A stretch of DNA of 63,336 nucleotides, counting the filler, from Octopus bimaculoides (taxonomy: Eukaryota): NCBI RefSeq assembly GCF_001194135.2. It is 9 parts of 7 records of this genome, joined end to end, with 100 filler letters (N's around TTAATTAATTAA, not from the genome) between each part and the next. Parts side by side here need not be neighbours in the genome. Positions count along the whole stretch, not along the records: positions 21,403 to 36,768 come from NC_069005.1; positions 36,869 to 48,635 come from NC_068981.1; 7 more parts are not named here. One strand, written 5' to 3'. Made by a program: the position numbers and the translations under genes. The notes under the pieces are model-generated. The model was not told the origin of the DNA. It saw nothing but the letters and a program-made list of their open reading frames with translations, and did no database searches. Shown one piece after another: positions 24,785 to 37,195 of this stretch. Within the stretch, counting starts at the first letter, position 1; each line of letters opens with the position of its first letter.

Positions 24785-25119
24785 TGAAGGTACATGGCTT
24801 AATCGTTAGCGTATTTGGCTCATGATCATAAAGTCGTGAGTTCGATACCGTGCGGCATTGTTGTCTCCTTGAGCAAGACACATTATTTTATGTTGTTCCA
24901 ATCCACTCGGATAGCGAAAATGAGCAGTAGCTATATTTTTAAAAAGTCAGCCCTGTTGCATTCTGTATCACACTGAATCTCCCTGAGAACTACGTTAAGG
25001 ATACACGGGTGTCGTCTGTGTGTGGAGGGCTCAACCATTCGCACGTTAATTTCCCGAGCAGGCTGTTCTGTTGATCGGATCGACTGGAACACTTGGCGTC
25101 GTAAGCGACGGAGTACCAG
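24785..25119 (+). mobile_element. SINE with a different head/core but the family A 3' tail
   Basis: Head TGAAGGTACATGGCTTAATCGTTAGC, core TCCTTGAGCAAGACAC...AATCCACTC...AAAATGAG, then GAGAACTACGTTAAGG...GCAGGCTGTTC...GTCGTAAGCGACGGAGT as in family A. Confidence 0.75.
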
Positions 25120-25389
25120 TAGTTATGCAGAGAGGAAGTCAGAGAAAGAGAGTACTTCAGCATGAAGAACATTCCTGCAATTCTACAGATCAAGAACATT
25201 ATCAACATTAACAAGCCTAGTCTTTCTCTCTCACACACATGCACACACACGCACAAAGACTCACACACACGCACACACACGCACGCAGACGCACACACAC
25301 GCACATACACACAGAAAAAAGAACATTATGAATTCTCATTGTTTTCAGAAAACCCATCAAGCTTGAAAATTGTGGCATATCAAAGCCGG

Positions 25390-26705
25390 TGCATACTATA
25401 AATTCTAACGTATTCGTGAGAACCAAATTTTTCAATTCTGACTGTACTGAAATTTATCAAACTGTTCAGATTTTGATACAGTCATAGTTATAAACCATTA
25501 TCAATTCTATCAGGTGTGCGTTCATCAAGATTGGAAAATTTTGACACATCAAAGATTTTGAAAAAGATCAATTCCATAAGGTAGCGATGTCGCGAGAGTT
25601 ATCAATTCTGTCTGTTACGGACAATTGAAAATTGAATTTTCCTAACATATCCATGATCTGTGAGAAAAATTATCAATTCTGACAGATCCGCAACTAATCA
25701 AAAACAGAGAATTCCAATACTTCAAAGATTGCAAAAGTTATCAAATTCTAAGAGGTCAGAAGTCAACGATATTATCAATTCTTGCTCGTGCTAACTGGTA
25801 AGAAAAAAAAAAAGAAGAAAAAATATCGTTTAATTTTATTTCGTTCAGTTTATGTTTTTTTTTGTTTTTTTGTTACTTTTTTGTATTGTGTTCTTCTTAA
25901 TTATTACGCGACCACTATGATTAAGAAAAATTATCCATTCTGAAATGTCGACTGTTAATATCGAAATAATAACAACGATTCATATAATTCTAATAATTAA
26001 CAAAAATTAACATATATCAGGCCGCCAGCGAAATTATGAATTTTAACGGGTCTAGACGCTTGAAAACTCGCCATTTTAACTGGTTGGTTCTTTCACAAAT
26101 CTAACCATTTTGCTGGTATTTCATTAACGATATACGGTGAATTGCTAATTAGTTAATTAATAAGAATCGACAAGATACATGAATGAACAACAACAACAAC
26201 AACAGCTGCAACAATAACAACAATTGCTATGAGACATAAATGTCTGCCAACCTCTCAGACTTCATAATATTCATCTTTGTGCATATGACAAAATTTCAAT
26301 ATATTATGACTGCTCATAACACGTTAGAATTGGTAATTCTTATAATCACTATAACATGAGTATTTTCAAACTGTTTGACCCTGACCTATCACAAAATATT
26401 TAGATAGCAATAGACTTGTTAAAATTCAGAATTTTTTTTTTTTTTTTAAGATTTCTACTATAGCAGAATCTCAATTTTTTTTTCTTTTCTTTAATACCAC
26501 CACAGCAGCGCAATCAGAATTGCTAATTTTTATAACTATAATTATATTAGAATTTTCATATTTCATGAGCACGAATCTGCAAGAAATAATTATTTATCTG
26601 ACCACAAACTTGCCAGAATGCATAATTTTCAGCTTTTATCGATGTCTCAAAATAATCAATTTTTTTTAATCATCGCGGATATGTCAGAATCGCTTCATAT
26701 TTCTC
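25390..26705. repeat. Two oppositely oriented arrays of a TTATCAATTCTG-type motif (possible old foldback element)
   Basis: Forward copies at about 25431, 25454, 25498, 25599, 25670, 25738, 25772 and 25931; reverse copies at about 26137, 26325, 26515, 26614 and 26685. Confidence 0.6.
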
Positions 26706-26754
26706 CATCGTTATTGCAATTGTTGTTATTATTGTCGTCGGTGGTGTTGTTGCT

Positions 26755-26980
26755 AAGGTACCGAGCTAACGGAATCCTTTGCACGCTGGACAAAATGCGT
26801 AGCGGCATTTTGTCTATCATTACGTTCTGACTTTGCCTTTCATCTTTTCGGTGATTTTACTTTTCATTCTTTCTGGCGTCGATAAAATGAGTACCAGTTG
26901 AGCTATGGCCTTGATGAAATAGACCGGAACACTCTCCCAAAATTTCAGGCTTTGTAACTATGGTAGAAAGAATTATTATT
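26755..26980 (+). mobile_element. SINE family C
   Basis: AAGGTACCGAGCTAACGGAATC...CTTTGCCTTTCATC...GTCGATAAAATGAGTACCAG...GGTAGAAAGAATTATTATT. Confidence 0.8.
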
Positions 26981-27112
26981 AGAGTCGTTTTATCCCCCAG
27001 GTTGTCACATTAAGCAGACCCCTAAATAAGGAAATCTCAACCATCACCACTCTAGATGCGCTGCCTTATTAGATGTTACTGGTATTAAAATTGTAGGATG
27101 TGTAGTTTATCT

Positions 27113-27296
27113 CCTCTACTTGTTTCAGTCATTAGACTGCGTCTATGCTGGGGCACTGCCTTGGAGAATTTTTAGTCGAATGAATCAGCCCGAGTACTTG
27201 TTTTTTTGTTTGTTTTTCTTTTAAGCCTGGTTCTTATTCAATTGGTTTCTTTTGCCGAACTGCTAAGTTACGGGGACGTAAGCACACTAACACCAG
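27113..27296 (-). mobile_element. SINE family B, 3' fragment
   Basis: TGTTTCAGTCATTAGACTGCG...TTTTGCCGAACTGCTAAGTTACGGGGACGTAA. Confidence 0.8.
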
Positions 27297-28005
27297 AGTA
27301 ACTTGTGATTTATGAAAGGAAAGTTTCCTCTTACTCAGAAGATATGAAACAACGACTAACTAAAGATCTGAAAACAAACATGGACGTTTAGAACAAACTC
27401 GAAGAACAGCTTAGGAAAAGCAAAGAGTGGAATCGAAACAGCAAAACGTGAAGCAAATTATCTGAAAGTATTTTGTTCGGCCCTGTACTCAGTCTTCCAT
27501 TCTAACTTTTGGTCCCTATTTATATTGGTCACAGCCATAATTAACAGTGGTATATGGCCTTTGCTGTCAGAGTGTGCTATCAGGATGAACTGACCATGGC
27601 ATAAATATAGCAACATCAGAGTACTACTATACATAATATGCCTTCAGCCTGACTTGATCTCCGTTTCAGAGTGTGGAATGTTATTAGTTCTGGGACCAAA
27701 TATAAGTAGATTATATCATAATGTTTACAAGAACGGAATTATTATAGAGAAAATTTACCCTCTTTGGTGGTTGAGTTAACGCTCAACTAGCACAATCGGA
27801 GTAAAGGTATATATATATATATATATATGAATGCTTATCTTATATATGTGCGTGCGCGTGTGTGTGTATGTGTGTGTGTTTGCTTGTTTGTGTGTGCATG
27901 CAATCAAGTCATGCTCGCTTGTGAGTGACGGCAGTAGGTACAAACACATACATATCTACATATATATGCACATAGAAACATACATATAAATACATACATG
28001 CATAT

Positions 28006-28042
<37 letters not shown>

Positions 28043-28433
28043 CATATATCAGTAGTGTATGGTCATTACTGGTTAAAGGTATGTGTTGCCGTACTGGACC
28101 TGCCACTCTGCTCCAGCATGGCCGGATAATGATTGAAACAAGTAAGAGTAGAAAAGCTTAGAAGGTTACAAGCTCCAGTCTATTTCTGTACATAATACTG
28201 CTCCAACAAACTAACTTAATCTTTATGTTCTCAGTGTTGTATTATTACATCTAAAGTGAAATTATATTCAGATTATTCCATGACACAACAAGAATAGAAT
28301 TATTCTACAGAAAATTTACCGTCTTTGATCGGTATGTAACACTCAACTAAAGCACGCCAAGAATACACATCTCTATCGATAAATTAAGCACAGCTTATAA
28401 ACAGATATCATTTCAAAATCTTAACATATCTCT

Positions 28434-28721
28434 AAAGACTGGCTGCGCCGTTAGCACATCAGGACAAAATTTTAAAGACCATTTCTTCCGGTTCTTTACA
28501 TACTGAGTTCATATGCCACCGAAGTCGGTAAACTGAAGTATCTGTCTTGTACTGGGGTCGATATAATCGACTAATCCCTTTTCCTAAAATTGTTGGCCTT
28601 GTGTCAAAATTTGAAACCATCATTATTGCTTTTCATTATTTCGGGGTCGATAAAATAAGTACCAGTTGAGCACTGGAGTCGATAGAGCCGAAACTACTGG
28701 CCTTGTGCCAAAATTTGAAAC

Positions 28722-28763
<42 letters not shown>

Positions 28764-28945
28764 CATTATTATTATTATTAAGACGGCCAGCTGGTGGAAT
28801 CGTTAGCACGTCGAATAAAATGCTGAGTTCAAATTCCGCTGAGATCGATAAAATAAGTACCAGTTACGCTTTGGGTCGATATAATCAACTACCTCTCTTC
28901 CCTAAAATTTCATATCTTGCGCCTATGGTAGACAGGATTATTACA
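28434..28945 (+). mobile_element. Cluster of three partial SINE family C copies separated by (ATT)n
   Basis: Family C tail GGCCTTGTG(C/T)CAAAATTTGAAAC at about 28596 and 28698; core GGGGTCGATAAAATAAGTACCAG at 28643; new head at 28780. Confidence 0.8.
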
Positions 28946-29002
<57 letters not shown>

Positions 29003-29007
<5 letters not shown>

Positions 29008-29447
29008 TAGTTTTATTTTTATCACGTGCTTTCACTACACTACCGAGCACAGCTCTGTGTGCCTTGGGTATGTGCGGTGGTTTGTTGTGATGCTCTTATT
29101 GTTACTGTATTGAAAGTGTTTTACATAGGATGTGTGTGGTGCGTAGTAGTGCTATGTTCTGTATGTTATATATACTTGTAAGTCCTGGTGTTTTTATTAT
29201 GTATTTGACTGAATATCTTTTTATCATACCTAACGCGCTTAGTATGATAGGAATTGTTTCTGTTTTTAGACTCTACTTTCAAGTTACCTCTATTTCCAGG
29301 GCTTTGTATTCTGAGAGATTCTCCATTTCCTTTAGAGAAACGTTGTCATCTGTTGGTATTGATACATCGATTAGAAAGCATTTTTTCTTCATAATCTTTG
29401 ACAACTATATCCGGCCTATTGTCCTTAATTTCGTGTGTATTTGGTAA
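29003..29447 (-). mobile_element. Dong/R4-type LINE 3' end (restriction-like endonuclease domain plus 3' UTR)
   Basis: Minus strand reads KKCFLIDVSIPTDDNVSLKEMENLSEYKALEIEV...TETIPIILSALGMIKR...IYNIQNIALLRTTHILCKTLSIQ* (PD..D-type REL domain end); the 3' UTR runs into (TAA)n. Confidence 0.8.
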
Positions 29448-30329
29448 AAATCTTGCACACTAAAACAACACACGTATTCACATCAAGAATCTTGTACACC
29501 AAAAAAAAAAAAAACTAAATACTGTTTATAAATAATAGATAAAGGACCGAACCAGTGCGTGTGTTTATTACCGGCATAATGCCTCTCCCAAGGTTTAATT
29601 CTATTATTATTATTATTATTATTATCATTATCCATGTAAAACCAGAGCAGCTAGAAAAGATCTTAATCCTTCTAATTTCACGACAATCATCAAATAACAG
29701 GAAAGTAATTAAAGAATTACAAATTTTCAACAACCAAGGACAACCATCAAATTGTAAAGAAAGATTCTTAATTAGTTAATGCAAATATTAATTTCAAAAC
29801 AAAATCTCTTTTACTGCATCACACGCTAATAATGCACTGAGAAGCGAATCAAAACTAATACATGCTTAACAAATCAAAGATTCGTCTTTTAGGATGATTC
29901 CATGTAGAACATCAAGATATTTTGCACAAAATTCAAAATATTACCTTTATTTTTCTCTTTTGCTCTTTGTTTTTGTTTTTGTTTTTGTTTTTTTTTCTTG
30001 CCTCTTATTTAAAAAAAAAAGTAACAAATGATTAACTACGAAAGGCAAAAAAATGTATACTTTAGAAATCTGAATCCGAAACTAAAATGATACAGTCAAT
30101 GCCACCACTAAAAGCAACTTCTTCAATGCAGATTATTCGCGAAACACGTGTGTTTGGAAAGACATAAATAGCGAAAGCATTTAAACAATACAAAACCGTT
30201 CTTCGACAAGGTTCGTATCATTGTGATGCATCTGGAAGCTCGATGACTTTCAATTTAAGAAAATCTTTCTTGAGATCGTGAATACAAGCGCACATGCACA
30301 ATCAAAAACATATACACATACGTAGGTAT

Positions 30330-30334
30330 GTATG

Positions 30335-30386
<52 letters not shown>

Positions 30387-30401
30387 TGTATGTATGTATA
30401 C

Positions 30402-30465
<64 letters not shown>
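30330..30465. repeat. (GT)n-(GATA)n compound microsatellite
   Basis: Directly visible. Confidence 0.95.
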
Positions 30466-31482
30466 GTACTACACAATACAAGCTTATACGCATGCATGGA
30501 TATATACGTTCATACATATAAGCATATAAATGGGAACGGGCTGGTGAGCTGAAGCTTCGATGTAATAGTCAACCATGTCTTGGTAAAATTTAAGAAATAT
30601 ATGCACTACTAAAAGTACTGAGTGTGCTTTCGGTTTATTGTCATATTGATTGTATATGTAAAGCTTCACATAGAAATAAAGATTAAATATAATACACACA
30701 AACACAGATATATATNNNNNNNNNNNNNNNNNNNNNNNNNNNNNNNNNNNNNNNNNNNNNNNNNNNNNNNNNNNNNNNNNNNNNNNNNNNNNNNNNNNNN
30801 NNNNNNNNNNTAGGTTTATCCGTGGAGAGAAAAGCCTACGGAAAAGACCACGGTCACCTCAGGCTTTTTTTTTTAAAGATACATGAAAGTAAGTACCTTC
30901 TCTCTTTTTGTCTCTTTTTGTTACAAGTCTATGCTTAAAATGGTGTCGTCTTTCATTCTTACCATTCTTGCCACATTTACCCATTTTTTATTGAAACTTT
31001 CATTCGACAACACTTTCCTCTCTATCCTTATCCTCCTTTTCAAGTGGTACTTGAAAAAGTTGACGAGGGACTGACCAGATAGATAGACAGACAGGGAGAC
31101 AGGGAGAGTGTTAAATTGGTAGGTAGGTAGGTAGGTAGGTAGGTAGACAAACTGACAGACTGACAGATATATAGACAGATAAATATACAGGTAGATAAAT
31201 TCCGCAAAGACTAATGTGTGCTTCAGTGTGTGTGCCCCTCTGTGTGGGGGCGTGTGTGTATGTGTTTGTTTGTGTGTGTGTGTGTGAGAGTAACTAATAA
31301 TAAGAGTAGTTTATAATAAGCCAAGCCATAAAAATACCTATAATGTGAATCTTCGTTTCAGTTTACGTGCGTGCATGTTTCTGCGTATATGTGTGTGTGT
31401 GTGTATGTGTCTGTCTGTCTGTGTCTGTGAGTGTATACACGTATCTCCACATATATATGCCCATACAAATTACATATATGTG

Positions 31483-31528
<46 letters not shown>

Positions 31529-32482
31529 TGTGAGAGTGGGTGTGTGTGTGTATACATATATATATTAACACAACCAACACACATACACGCATATGTATGT
31601 ATGTATGTATGTACGTATGTTTGTTTGTATGCACACTTATGAAGAAATTACTCACGACAAACAGAAGCTAACAACAGCACTGACAACAACAACAACACTT
31701 GCCGAAACGACCAGAAAAACAACTGCAACCACATCACATTGATAGTAAATTGAAGGATGCGGGAATAATGAAGGCATAAANNNNNNNNNNNNNNNNNNNN
31801 NNNNNNNNNNNNNNNNNNNNNNNNNNNNNNNNNNNNNNNNNNNNNNNNNNNNNNNNNNNNNNNNNNNNNNNNNNNNNNNNNNNNNNNNNNNNNNNNNNNN
31901 NNNNNNNNNNNNNNNNNNNNNNNNNNNNNNNNNNNNNNNNNNNNNNNNNNNNNNNNNNNNNNNNNNNNNNNNNNNNNNNNNNNNNNNNNNNNNNNNNNNN
32001 NNNNNNNNNNNNNNNNNNNNNNNNNNNNNNNNNNNNNNNNNNNNNNNNNNNNNNNNNNNNNNNNNNNNNNNNNNNNNNNNNNNNNNNNNNNNNNNNNNNN
32101 NNNNNNNNNNNNNNNNNNNNNNNNNNNNNNNNNNNNNNNNNNNNNNNNNNNNNNNNNNNNNNNNNNNNNNNNNNNNNNNNNNNNNNNNNNNNNNNNNNNN
32201 NNNNNNNNNNNNNNNNNNNNNNNNNNNNNNNNNNNNNNNNNNNNNNNNNNNNNNNNNNNNNNNNNNNNNNNNNNNNNNNNNNNNNNNNNNNNNNNNNNNN
32301 NNNNNNNNNNNNNNNNNNNNNNNNNNNNNNNNNNNNNNNNNNNNNNNNNNNNNNNNNNNNNNNNNNNNNNNNNNNNNNNNNNNNNNNNNNNNNNNNNNNN
32401 NNNNNNNNNNNNNNNNNNNNNNNNNNNNNNNNNNNNNNNNNNNNNNNNNNNNNNNNNNNNNNNNNNNNNNNNNNNNNNNNNN

Positions 32483-32517
<35 letters not shown>

Positions 32518-32804
32518 TATGTATATATATATATGTATGTATATATATATTTGTGTTTCTCTCAATTAGAGTGTATATGTGCATGTGCGTATTATATACT
32601 CATGCATACAACCGTACGCCTACATTTATATATTCAGAAACGCACATGCACAAACAAGCACATATACGCACATATATACACACACCTGTACATTGCCCAG
32701 AGCTGCATCTGCCTTTTACATTTAAGTACGTTGAGAAGGGAAAAGGACTGACCGAAGGACACCTCCCTGCCTCACCCACCCCATGTTTTTTCGTCTCCAC
32801 TTCC

Positions 32805-33922
32805 TCTAACAACAATAATAACTACTACTTCTACTACCCCCACCACCACCACTACTACTATTACTACAAGAAGAAGAAGAAGAAGAAATAGAAGAAGGAA
32901 GAGAAGAAGAAGAAGAAGAAGAAGAAGAAGAAGAAGAAGAAAAAGGAAGAGGAGGAGGAGGAGGAGGAGGAGGAAAAAGAAGATGAGGGGGGACGAAGAA
33001 GAAGAAGAAGAAGAAGGAGAAGAAGAAGAAGAAGAAGAAGAAGAAGAAGAAGAAAAGAAGAAAAAGAAGAAGAAAAAGAAGAAGAAGAAAAAGAAGAAGA
33101 AGAAAGAGAAGAAGAAGAAAAAGAAGAAGAAGAAAAAGAAGAAGAAGAAAAAGAAGAAGAAGANNNNNNNNNNNNNNNNNNNNNNNNNNNNNNNNNNNNN
33201 NNNNNNNNNNNNNNNNNNNNNNNNNNNNNNNNNNNNNNNNNNNNNNNNNNNNNNNNNNNNNNNNNNNNNNNNNNNNNNNNNNNNNNNNNNNNNNNNNNNN
33301 NNNNNNNNNNNNNNNNNNNNNNNNNNNNNNNNNNNNNNNNNNNNNNNNNNNNNNNNNNNNNNNNNNNNNNNNNNNNNNNNNNNNNNNNNNNNNNNNNNNN
33401 NNNNNNNNNNNNNNNNNNNNNNNNNNNNNNNNNNNNNNNNNNNNNNNNNNNNNNNNNNNNNNNNNNNNNNNNNNNNNNNNNNNNNNNNNNNNNNNNNNNN
33501 NNNNNNNNNNNNNNNNNNNNNNNNNNNNNNNNNNNNNNNNNNNNNNNNNNNNNNNNNNNNNNNNNNNNNNNNNNNNNNNNNNNNNNNNNNNNNNNNNNNN
33601 NNNNNNNNNNNNNNNNNNNNNNNNNNNNNNNNNNNNNNNNNNNNNNNNNNNNNNNNNNNNNNNNNNNNNNNNNNNNNNNNNNNNNNNNNNNNNNNNNNNN
33701 NNNNNNNNNNNNNNNNNNNNNNNNNNNNNNNNNNNNNNNNNNNNNNNNNNNNNNNNNNNNNNNNNNNNNNNNNNNNNNNNNNNNNNNNNNNNNNNNNNNN
33801 NNNNNNNNNNNNNNNNNNNNNNNNNNNNNNNNNNNNNNNNNNNNNNNNNNNNNNNNNNNNNNNNNNNNNNNNNNNNNNNNNNNNNNNNNNNNNNNNNNNN
33901 NNNNNNNNNNNNNNNNNNNNNN

Positions 33923-33970
<48 letters not shown>

Positions 33971-34004
33971 ATCATTATTATTATTATTATTATTATTGTT
34001 ATTA

Positions 34005-34035
<31 letters not shown>

Positions 34036-34046
34036 TATTATCATCA

Positions 34047-34080
<34 letters not shown>

Positions 34081-34115
34081 CATTATTATTATTATCATCA
34101 TCATCATCATCATCA

Positions 34116-34168
<53 letters not shown>

Positions 34169-34278
34169 GTTATTATTATCATTGTTATTATCATTGCTGT
34201 TATTAAAAACCATTATTATCATTGTTTTTATTATTATTGTTATCAGTATTACTATTGCCATTATTATTATTACCATTA

Positions 34279-34339
<61 letters not shown>

Positions 34340-34350
34340 TATTATTATTA
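32805..34350. repeat. Large trinucleotide block: (GAA/GGA)n, gap, (ATT/ATC)n
   Basis: Directly visible; source of the poly-E, poly-K, poly-N and poly-I ORFs. Confidence 0.95.
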
Positions 34351-35209
34351 AACATTTTTTTTTAAAAACTTTCAATAAGCATTGTTGGTGGAATCGACTT
34401 AGGAATTAAGTCACAGTCCTGGTGCTTCAGGTACTTTCATATGATGTTAATACTGTTGTTGTTGTTGTTGTCGCCGTTGTTATTGTTATTGTATTTAACG
34501 TTATTTTGTTTTTGTTATATTTTTACAGTTTTTCGGAAGTTTTTCTTTGTATGTGTATGTATGCGTGTGTGTGTGTGTGCGTGTGTTCTTTTTTTGTTGT
34601 TTTTTTTTTTGCTTGCTTTTGGTTTTCTTGGAGACTGGAGTTTGGTCGTTGTGTTTTCGCTCTTCTTGATATTTCCTTTCTTTCTTTTGTTTTCTTTCGT
34701 TGTCTTGTTTTTTTGGGGGGGTTTTTTTTGCTATTTTCTGTTCTTTTTTTATACATTTGTTTTGGACTTTTTTGTGATTATTACAAGTTTTTCACTTTTT
34801 TTTTTTTCCTTCTATCGTTAAGTGCTTTTTAACTTAAAATAATGTTTTGGGGCGGAGACGTCATTGTGTGTGTGTGTGTTGTGTATGTGTTTGTGTGTAC
34901 ATGTTTTTGTGTGTGTGAGTGTTATGCACGTCCGTATAACATGTATATATACATATATATGTGTTTGTATGTATATAAATATATATATAAATATATATGT
35001 ATGTTTATCTGTATATATATTATATATCATATATATATGTATGTATATATATTTATATATATGTATATATTATATTATATTATATATACATATATATATA
35101 TATTCTTACATACAAACACATATATGCGTATGAGTGTCTGTATATATGACCTCATTTACATGTATAGAGAGATTGAGAGAGAGCGAGTGAGACAGAAAGA
35201 GAGAACCAC

Positions 35210-35277
<68 letters not shown>

Positions 35278-35609
35278 GTGTATTTGCATTTGATTGTATC
35301 AGTATGAGTGTGTGAGTGTGTATGTGTGTACGTGTAAGTATGTGTGTAGAGTTTTTAATTATTCGTTACGAATCTTTTTCTTTTCCTTTTCGATATAATT
35401 TTGTTTCTCTACTTGGCTTTTGTCTTTATGCAAAGATTGAAAATTGCGTATGTGAGCGCATCTATAATAACTGTATGTGAGTGTTTGCGTATGTCTGATT
35501 GTGCGGGTGCGTATGTTTGTGATGTGTCTATTGTTTAGAGTGTACTTATATAAGACTTACTACTCCTAGACTCGAATATAATGGTAGATATGGACTCATA
35601 GATTACATA

Positions 35610-36400
35610 TACGAGGTGCATTCCAGAAGTTTTGAAACTTTTTTTTTAGTAGACGTCGTTATAACAATCTCAGATTATTGTAATTTTAGTATATCATTAC
35701 TACGCATCTAATAATCTGACCTGCCGACTTTTGTTATTCCAGATTGAAGGAGACGGCTGAAACAGCACTTTCAATACATCTTACTGAATACTACTTTCCA
35801 AAACCGCGAGTCGGTAGAATGCAGATGTGAAGACAATTTGGAAATTCGCTATGCAATAAAGTTTTGTGTTTAACGAAATCTATGAAACTATGAAACTATG
35901 AAACTATGAAACTATGAAACTATGGAACTTATGAAATGCTTATGAAAACTATTAAATTTATGGAATGTTCCAGACTGCTTATATGATCCATGCATGTTTT
36001 TCGGTAGCACAAGCGGCTAGGCAAATTAAATCCATCTGGGAGCTCATGATGAGCCTCTTTTTCGATAGCAAGGGCATCATCTACATCCATTGGTTTTGCT
36101 CTGGCCAGACTGTCAACAAAGAGTACTTTGTAGAGGTTTTGAGGGAGTTCTGGAAGAGATTTCGTCGCAAAAGGCCAGAACTTCAGTACCAGGACAATGA
36201 ACCAGTCCACAATTCTTCCCAGGTAATCGACTGCTTGATACAGAGAGGCATCAGAGCTGTGCCTCACCCTCTCTACAGTTCATAGCTTGCTCCCTCTCGC
36301 TTTTGGTTGTTACCCAAACAAAAGAAGATGATGTAGGAGTTTGTGACAAGAGTCTTGGACACCTTCACTCTGGAGGACTTCCATGGGGCCTTCATTGCTC
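35610..36400 (+). mobile_element. Mariner-family transposon remnant with 5' TIR and internally deleted transposase
   Basis: Starts TACGAGGTGCATTCCAGAAGTTTTGAAAC (mariner-type terminus). Contains EIRYAIKFCV (N-terminus) and LMMSLFFDSKGIIYIHWFCSGQTVNKEYFVEVLREFWKRFRRKRPE...QDNEPVH...AVPHPLYSS*LAP. No 3' TIR seen. Confidence 0.85.
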
Positions 36401-36685
36401 ATGACCTCTTGACAATGTTTCACTAGCGGTAGAAATACTTATTTGCTAAAATTGTAAATGAAAAATAAAGATTAAAATAGATGGAAAAGAATACGAATTC
36501 CTCTGACAACCTAATAGTTGCGTCTGCTATGTTGTGAGTTCAAATCCATTCGATGCTGACTTGCTTTTTTTCCTTCCTGAAGTTCTATAAAATATATAAA
36601 ATACTAATCAACTACTGCTGATCAGTGTAATCGATATCAAAATATGGCTTTCAACGTATATTAGACAGTATTATTAATTTCTTTG

Positions 36686-36767
36686 AAATGGTGATCGGCT
36701 GGCAGAATCGTTAGCAGGCCGGACAAAATGCTTAGCGGCATTTCGTCCGTCTTGGCGTTTGAGTTCA
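36686..36767 (+). mobile_element. SINE family C head (cut by gap)
   Basis: CTGGCAGAATCGTTAGCAGGCCGGACAAAATGCTTAGCGGCATTTCG...GAGTTCAA. Confidence 0.8.
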
Positions 36768-36869
36768 ANNNNNNNNNNNNNNNNNNNNNNNNNNNNNNNN
36801 NNNNNNNNNNNNTTAATTAATTAANNNNNNNNNNNNNNNNNNNNNNNNNNNNNNNNNNNNNNNNNNNNA

Positions 36870-37195
36870 GTGAGTTGTAGTGTTTAGAAACTAGTTGGTT
36901 GATCTTCTTCATGATGTGGTGGTCTATGTTCGAGGGTATTTCACAATAGAAGGTTGTGTCATTTAGTTGTTCCTCAACTAAATCCTTGTAGTATTCCACA
37001 TCCATGATGACGATTGCACCCCCTTTATCTGCTTGTTTAATTATTATTGCTTCATCGTTTTGTATGTGTTTAAGTGCAGATATCTCTGATTTGTTAATGT
37101 TCGGCCTAATTTTGGTATTTTGTTTTAGGGGGAAGTTTGATAGGGTGTCAATATATTGGTCCAGGTAGATATTTCTGCCTTTTGGTGTATATTCA
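36870..37195 (-). mobile_element. PLE fragment, region at the start of the RT domain
   Basis: NINKSEISALKHIQNDEAIIIKQADKGGAIVIMDVEYYKDLVEEQLNDTTFY: the ADKG..V.MD...Y.....L.D...Y motif is characteristic of PLE RTs. Confidence 0.88.

Noticed and set aside
25431-25942. Repeat-spacer pattern suggestive of a CRISPR array
   Set aside because: Repeats are only 12-17 bp and degenerate, spacing is irregular, no cas genes are present and the context is eukaryotic; kept instead as a motif-array finding.
30811-30875. GC-richer stretch after a gap, possibly a LINE 3' tail or an exon ending at GTAAGT (about 30887)
   Set aside because: Upstream context is lost in the gap; cannot be assigned.
32806-34409. 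Poly-N, poly-I, poly-E and poly-K ORFs and similar (IYLS)n, (CV)n, (TH)n ORFs elsewhere
   Set aside because: Translations of microsatellites.
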